In this document: in pieces, positions 61,201-64,000 of the stretch
How the letters are laid out: each line of letters opens with the position of its first letter
How positions within the stretch are numbered: position 1 is the stretch's first letter
From: a virus
IMG/VR virus record: IMGVR_UViG_3300003653_000052
Span: 1 to 64,000 of that record
DNA: 64,000 nucleotides
Direction: 5' to 3' (one strand)
The notes under the pieces: model-generated
Database searches by the model: none
Told to the model about the DNA's origin: nothing
Seen by the model: only the letters and a program-made list of their open reading frames with translations
Made by a program: the position numbers and the translations under genes

Positions 61201-64000
61201 AAGCTGATTTTTCACGTTCTTGAATTATAGTTTTAGCATCATCTGTTTTTCCTCTAATTAAAGATTCATCTTGTTGTTGATAAATTAAATCAGCATCTTT
61301 AATAAAATACGTAGATCCTGTAAGTACAGTTTTACCTGCTGTAGTTAAGTCTTTAATTTTAGTACTAACTCCATCATAAACTTTTTTCCATAATCCCGGA
61401 TGATATTTTGTAATTCCAGTGAATCTGTGTATTGTATCTTGAGGATTTTCCTTTTCAAATATAATAAATTCAGGAAGTTGTATTAGAATTTCAGCAATAA
61501 GTAATTGATCAGCATCTTCATAAAATTCTTTATTATCATCTTGAGAAATCCACCATGTTTTACCTGCTCCTGGAGTAGCATATATTAATTGACCTTTTTC
61601 TATTAGAGGAACTTCTGAGGTTTCTGTAGATGCTGGGGTTATAGGATTAGTTGCTTGAATAGCTTTAATTATATCATTCCATACAAGAGTTGCTTCAATG
61701 AATTTTGGATCTATTTCATCAGTAATTTCTACTAATTCAGATTTAACAACAACTATAAATGATTTAGCCGGTTCTATTACTTGATTTTTAGATAATGCAT
61801 ATTCTACATAATTAGTATATCTATCTGTTAATACTACCCCTGTTCTTTTATATAATTCGTTTACAGCATTATTTAATTGTACATTATTAGCAAATTTTTT
61901 AAGATTAGCATCTATAAAATCCTTTCTGTTTTTAACTATTTCTTTATGTATATCAACTAAATTTCTTTGTAAATTTAAAAATCCTTTTGGATTATTAATA
62001 ACATTTATACTCTTAACTAAAGAGGCTCTTTCATCTTTTAATGTATAATTATCTTTAATAAGTCCTAATGCATGATTTAATTCATCATCAAATACTATGT
62101 CATCAGTAGTTCCTGCAATATGATTAATATAATTTTTAAAAGCTTTTTTTAAAGGTGCATCATATTCTGGTTTTTGATCTACCCCTAATGTTTCAAACCT
62201 AAGAGAAAGCTCAGTTAAAAAAGATAACCTATCTTCTTTTTCTTTGGCTATTTTTTTACCTTCTGGAGTAGTGGTATCAGTATTTTTAATATCAACTTTT
62301 AAAGAATTAGTAGTAATACTCATTTGTTCTCTGCTCATTAAAACAAATAGATCTTGTGAACTAACATTTTTAATAGGATTTCTTTTAGTAATTAAAACAT
62401 CTCCTAAATCTTTAATACGTTTGTTATGATTAATAAATTCTGTTCTTGCAAATACAAGATTTTTTTTAGCTCCTTCCCATGCTTCATATGCAATTTCTTG
62501 AGCTATTCTTTCTTCTGAACCTTTTTCATATCTAAATGGATCATAAGGATTAGGATAACTGGAAGACACATCATTATAATTTTCTTGAATTGATTTAGCT
62601 CTTGTTATAACTTCGTCTATCATAGATAATGCTTTTACACCATCTTTAACATGAAATGCTTCAGCAGCTTGTTCTGGAGTAAAGTCTTTAAATGTCTTAA
62701 ACTTATCTAACATTATATCAAGTTTACCAGTACTTAATGCTGTATATAAATGTTCAAATTTAGATGTGGATTTAGCATCTTCAGCTTCTTTTCTATTGTT
62801 TTCTTGATTGGCATTATGAAAATCTTTTTGTAAAACCCCTTGATTTATTGCATTTATTATATCAGGAGCAAGATAATTCCCTGTGTTATGATAAAATTCA
62901 TTGAGTATAGTTGCTGTATTAACAAGTTGTTCATCTCTTTGAGTTTGATATGCAATATGATCTTTTTTATTTATAGTATTATTTAATATAGTTTGTCCAG
63001 CCCACATTGGAGCAGACATAAAAGGATGTGCCATAGCTCCCATTACAAATCCACCAGCAAATGTCTCTGCACCTTGAGCACTAAATTGATCTTTTACACC
63101 ATTCATAAAATGACCCATATAACCTTCATAAGCACCTCTATCAGGATTATTATAAGTAGACAATGCATGTGCTTTAGCTCCAGAACTAATTGCTTCTTGT
63201 ATGTTCTCTTGAACACCTTCTGCTGAATTTAGTTTTAAATAATTATATCCAAATTTACCCCAAGCTTTAGGTTGTGTAATACCTGCTGCAATCTTTTGAG
63301 CAGTTCCTGCTAATCCTGCTTTAACAGCAGTAAATCCAATATCTTTTTTAAATAAAAGGTCATCAACTAAATTACTCATACCTTTTTTAGCAGTTTTTTC
63401 AAAAGGAGCAAACATAGTTTCATACATAAACTTATTACTCCACATAATAGCCGGTAAATTCCATAATGCTGTTGTATTAGCTTTATCTCTAGCAATATTT
63501 TCTATTTTAGCTAACTCTTCTCCTGTTGGTTCTGCTCCATTGTTTTTATCTCTGAATACCTGAATTAGATCTTTAGTAACATCTAAATGTACCATACCTC
63601 CTTCTAATTGAGCTTCTGATACAGCAGTTTTTATCATAACAACATCTTTTGCAAATTCTCCAAAGTTTTTAGACCATCTTGCAAATTCATTAATTTTTCC
63701 TAATTTAGTAGCAGATAAAGCATTAGCTCCACTAAGAATATCTTTACCTACTTCCCAAGTACGTTCTAAAGGATTTATAATAGATCCTGTTTTAGCTAAT
63801 ACTTGTCCTACTTTATTAGTATCAAAGAAAGTTTTAAGAGCACTTATTTTAGGAACTTCTTTTACGGCTCCTAATATTTCAGATGCTTGAGCAATCTTAG
63901 TTCCTGCTCTAGCAAATACTCCAGGTAATCCCATACCTCTTGTTACAGCAGTTACTACAGCCATTTCAGCTAATATATCTACACCTATACCAATTGTATA
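58274..64000 (-). CDS. giant virion-associated protein, more than 1896 aa, 5' end outside the window
   Basis: The track ORF starts at ATG 63964, but the frame stays open to position 64000 (..YTIGIGVDILAE-MAVV..). It has a P-loop (TPGAGKTW), long coiled-coil-like stretches and a K/R-rich tract (KPRKPRAKKVKK). Confidence 0.85.
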   Translation of the reverse strand, partial: YTIGIGVDILAEMAVVTAVTRGMGLPGVFARAGTKIAQASEILGAVKEVPKISALKTFFDTNKVGQVLAKTGSIINPLERTWEVGKDILSGANALSATKLGKINEFARWSKNFGEFAKDVVMIKTAVSEAQLEGGMVHLDVTKDLIQVFRDKNNGAEPTGEELAKIENIARDKANTTALWNLPAIMWSNKFMYETMFAPFEKTAKKGMSNLVDDLLFKKDIGFTAVKAGLAGTAQKIAAGITQPKAWGKFGYNYLKLNSAEGVQENIQEAISSGAKAHALSTYNNPDRGAYEGYMGHFMNGVKDQFSAQGAETFAGGFVMGAMAHPFMSAPMWAGQTILNNTINKKDHIAYQTQRDEQLVNTATILNEFYHNTGNYLAPDIINAINQGVLQKDFHNANQENNRKEAEDAKSTSKFEHLYTALSTGKLDIMLDKFKTFKDFTPEQAAEAFHVKDGVKALSMIDEVITRAKSIQENYNDVSSSYPNPYDPFRYEKGSEERIAQEIAYEAWEGAKKNLVFARTEFINHNKRIKDLGDVLITKRNPIKNVSSQDLFVLMSREQMSITTNSLKVDIKNTDTTTPEGKKIAKEKEDRLSFLTELSLRFETLGVDQKPEYDAPLKKAFKNYINHIAGTTDDIVFDDELNHALGLIKDNYTLKDERASLVKSINVINNPKGFLNLQRNLVDIHKEIVKNRKDFIDANLKKFANNVQLNNAVNELYKRTGVVLTDRYTNYVEYALSKNQVIEPAKSFIVVVKSELVEITDEIDPKFIEATLVWNDIIKAIQATNPITPASTETSEVPLIEKGQLIYATPGAGKTWWISQDDNKEFYEDADQLLIAEILIQLPEFIIFEKENPQDTIHRFTGITKYHPGLWKKVYDGVSTKIKDLTTAGKTVLTGSTYFIKDADLIYQQQDESLIRGKTDDAKTIIQEREKSALKEANKKGTPLTGYISTKLIKKTKIVPIIIPGIIPVINIEEEEEKEIEKYPTTPEGLVLKQEDELETINQNIKDNKKTLNSLNRELQIATNNLQSIIGIVSEDIASIQKDIDSGVGNLNHNKERLTQVQSDYTNLFSVSDTIKTNIKEIRDNIDKLEVLRDDLLNAIQYYTDMILANPNLRLKEVIDKKAKLEKKVSTIQTLINKLKELINSSLDILRDLANIISDRFKLFSKFESEHPYFTNIKKNDKLAQLLKFDKKGVLNKPGKAMLLDYAELNKIHTALEDMVSEAFEHGDIVEKAVNKENKKLSELKDSLIKYQRQIRYLTGMIEFVKEDEVVEPIEPIEEEKVPVETITTVVTKVVKPRKPRAKKVKKVVETVLDSISDTEYNDFLDNGIVSDERLNNIADKVKNKKKLSDRENNIFVNKTSDINNIIAKSIPIITSVPGDKDDINIQIDNLQRRRDEELVKELGEIALNKKSVDAIAERSDKRAVAFIDKYDAINAKYDEELTKLLNKSTNEDDINAQKADIEKRRDKSLASITWGEGIKGTDIEIKEAIIYNSDGTIEHIGDQADPSKYPSDWRLRETINNKYDAELDAIGKPPIQKAAMSNAAKRADIFDRWKWALKTNEVRLASGNIGDTLLDKDGNKYKIISRKDKYGRSLEYTINNGPILSFNPKLDRSSFYYYKRPVSEINAIYELELKELDALEKISEKTSEKEIVFKVPPYTILRDLEFDFPQGPLKGNLIEAEGNQFFVYKKGKEYFFVLLTTTNPGIPIAKGDTEKEAIEKGLEKMLSEVDINKELNNIKESKTFDELDKSGDEALKNTTGESIEIDTLINTAISNRQSELWTVITPENLKSAKTKGYKIVIDGVFYPTFTINKTKIVDDKSITTVGILSPLKTKKTNINISEIEKITREAMPKPIEISEEIKEQVKDIVNTALEVVSKEDLQKANDEAKNQSNNDINKDFFNNLGCK
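61556..61570 (-). other. Walker-A P-loop (GAGKT, about aa 798-802 of the more-than-1896-aa protein)
   Basis: LIYATPGAGKTWWISQDD was checked codon by codon. It heads a roughly 150-aa kinase-sized segment. Confidence 0.5.

Noticed and set aside
41472-63226. About 18 short + strand ORFs (61-122 aa) from the track lie inside the leftward giant genes. Examples are 41472-41684, 42265-42516, 43276-43551, 44674-44889, 51926-52156, 56003-56623, 58290-58949, 59880-60248 and 62993-63226.
   Set aside because: All lie antisense within long, motif-bearing ORFs. Their products are low-complexity and rich in S/L/F/I, as expected from reading A+T-rich coding DNA backwards. None has an independent signal.
1-64000. 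CRISPR arrays, rRNA genes, transposases or IS elements, and integrase or lysogeny genes.
   Set aside because: No regularly spaced direct repeats, no rRNA-like conserved stretches and no DDE, tyrosine or serine recombinase motifs were seen in any listed ORF.

Overview
AT-rich dsDNA phage segment. Hand counts give about 22% G+C in typical coding lines. Gene content and layout match a crAss-like (Crassvirales-type) phage of a Bacteroidota host; this is inference from motifs, as no database search was possible. Positions 1-40.8 kb form a rightward block. It starts with about 8 kb of very small early genes, followed by a replication and nucleotide-metabolism module: ATP-dependent DNA ligase, SF2 helicase, ClpS-like protein, UDG, SF1B Dda/RecD-like helicase, DnaB-like helicase, AAA_24 ATPase, Toprim primase, a MoxR-AAA+ plus VWA/metallopeptidase pair, dNMP kinase, PD-(D/E)XK nuclease, family-B DNA polymerase and MazG. 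Free-standing homing-endonuclease-like genes (HNH-like, GIY-YIG-like, LAGLIDADG) are scattered through it. After a bidirectional terminator at about 40.83 kb, positions 40.9-64 kb form a leftward block of four tightly packed genes of 1075 aa, 165 aa, 4555 aa and more than 1896 aa (the last is open to the window edge). The 4555-aa product carries an RxP...S...DFDVD beta-prime-like catalytic loop, as expected for the virion-packaged crAss-type RNA polymerase. It also carries an HExxH metallopeptidase motif and a C-terminal string of AlkB-like, SLOG-like, DUF4326-like and NADAR-like modules, so it looks like a giant polyvalent injected protein. The least expected content is non-coding. Four ORF-free, G+C-enriched islands (about 38-45% by hand count) lie in the early region at 2.09-2.75, 4.44-4.70, 5.95-6.85 and 13.97-14.59 kb. 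One contains an essentially complete tmRNA-like gene (5950-6335) with a G3:U70 acceptor stem, T arm, long P2 helix, PK1-like pseudoknot and a 37-codon tag frame that does not end in the usual ..LAA. Two others end in tRNA-like modules with perfect acceptor, D and T arms but unfoldable anticodon domains. A conserved motif, TTAACC(C/T)ATCA, sits a fixed distance upstream of six early genes and is a candidate phage-RNAP promoter. All functional calls rest on motifs read by eye and none has been checked with HMM or covariance-model tools.
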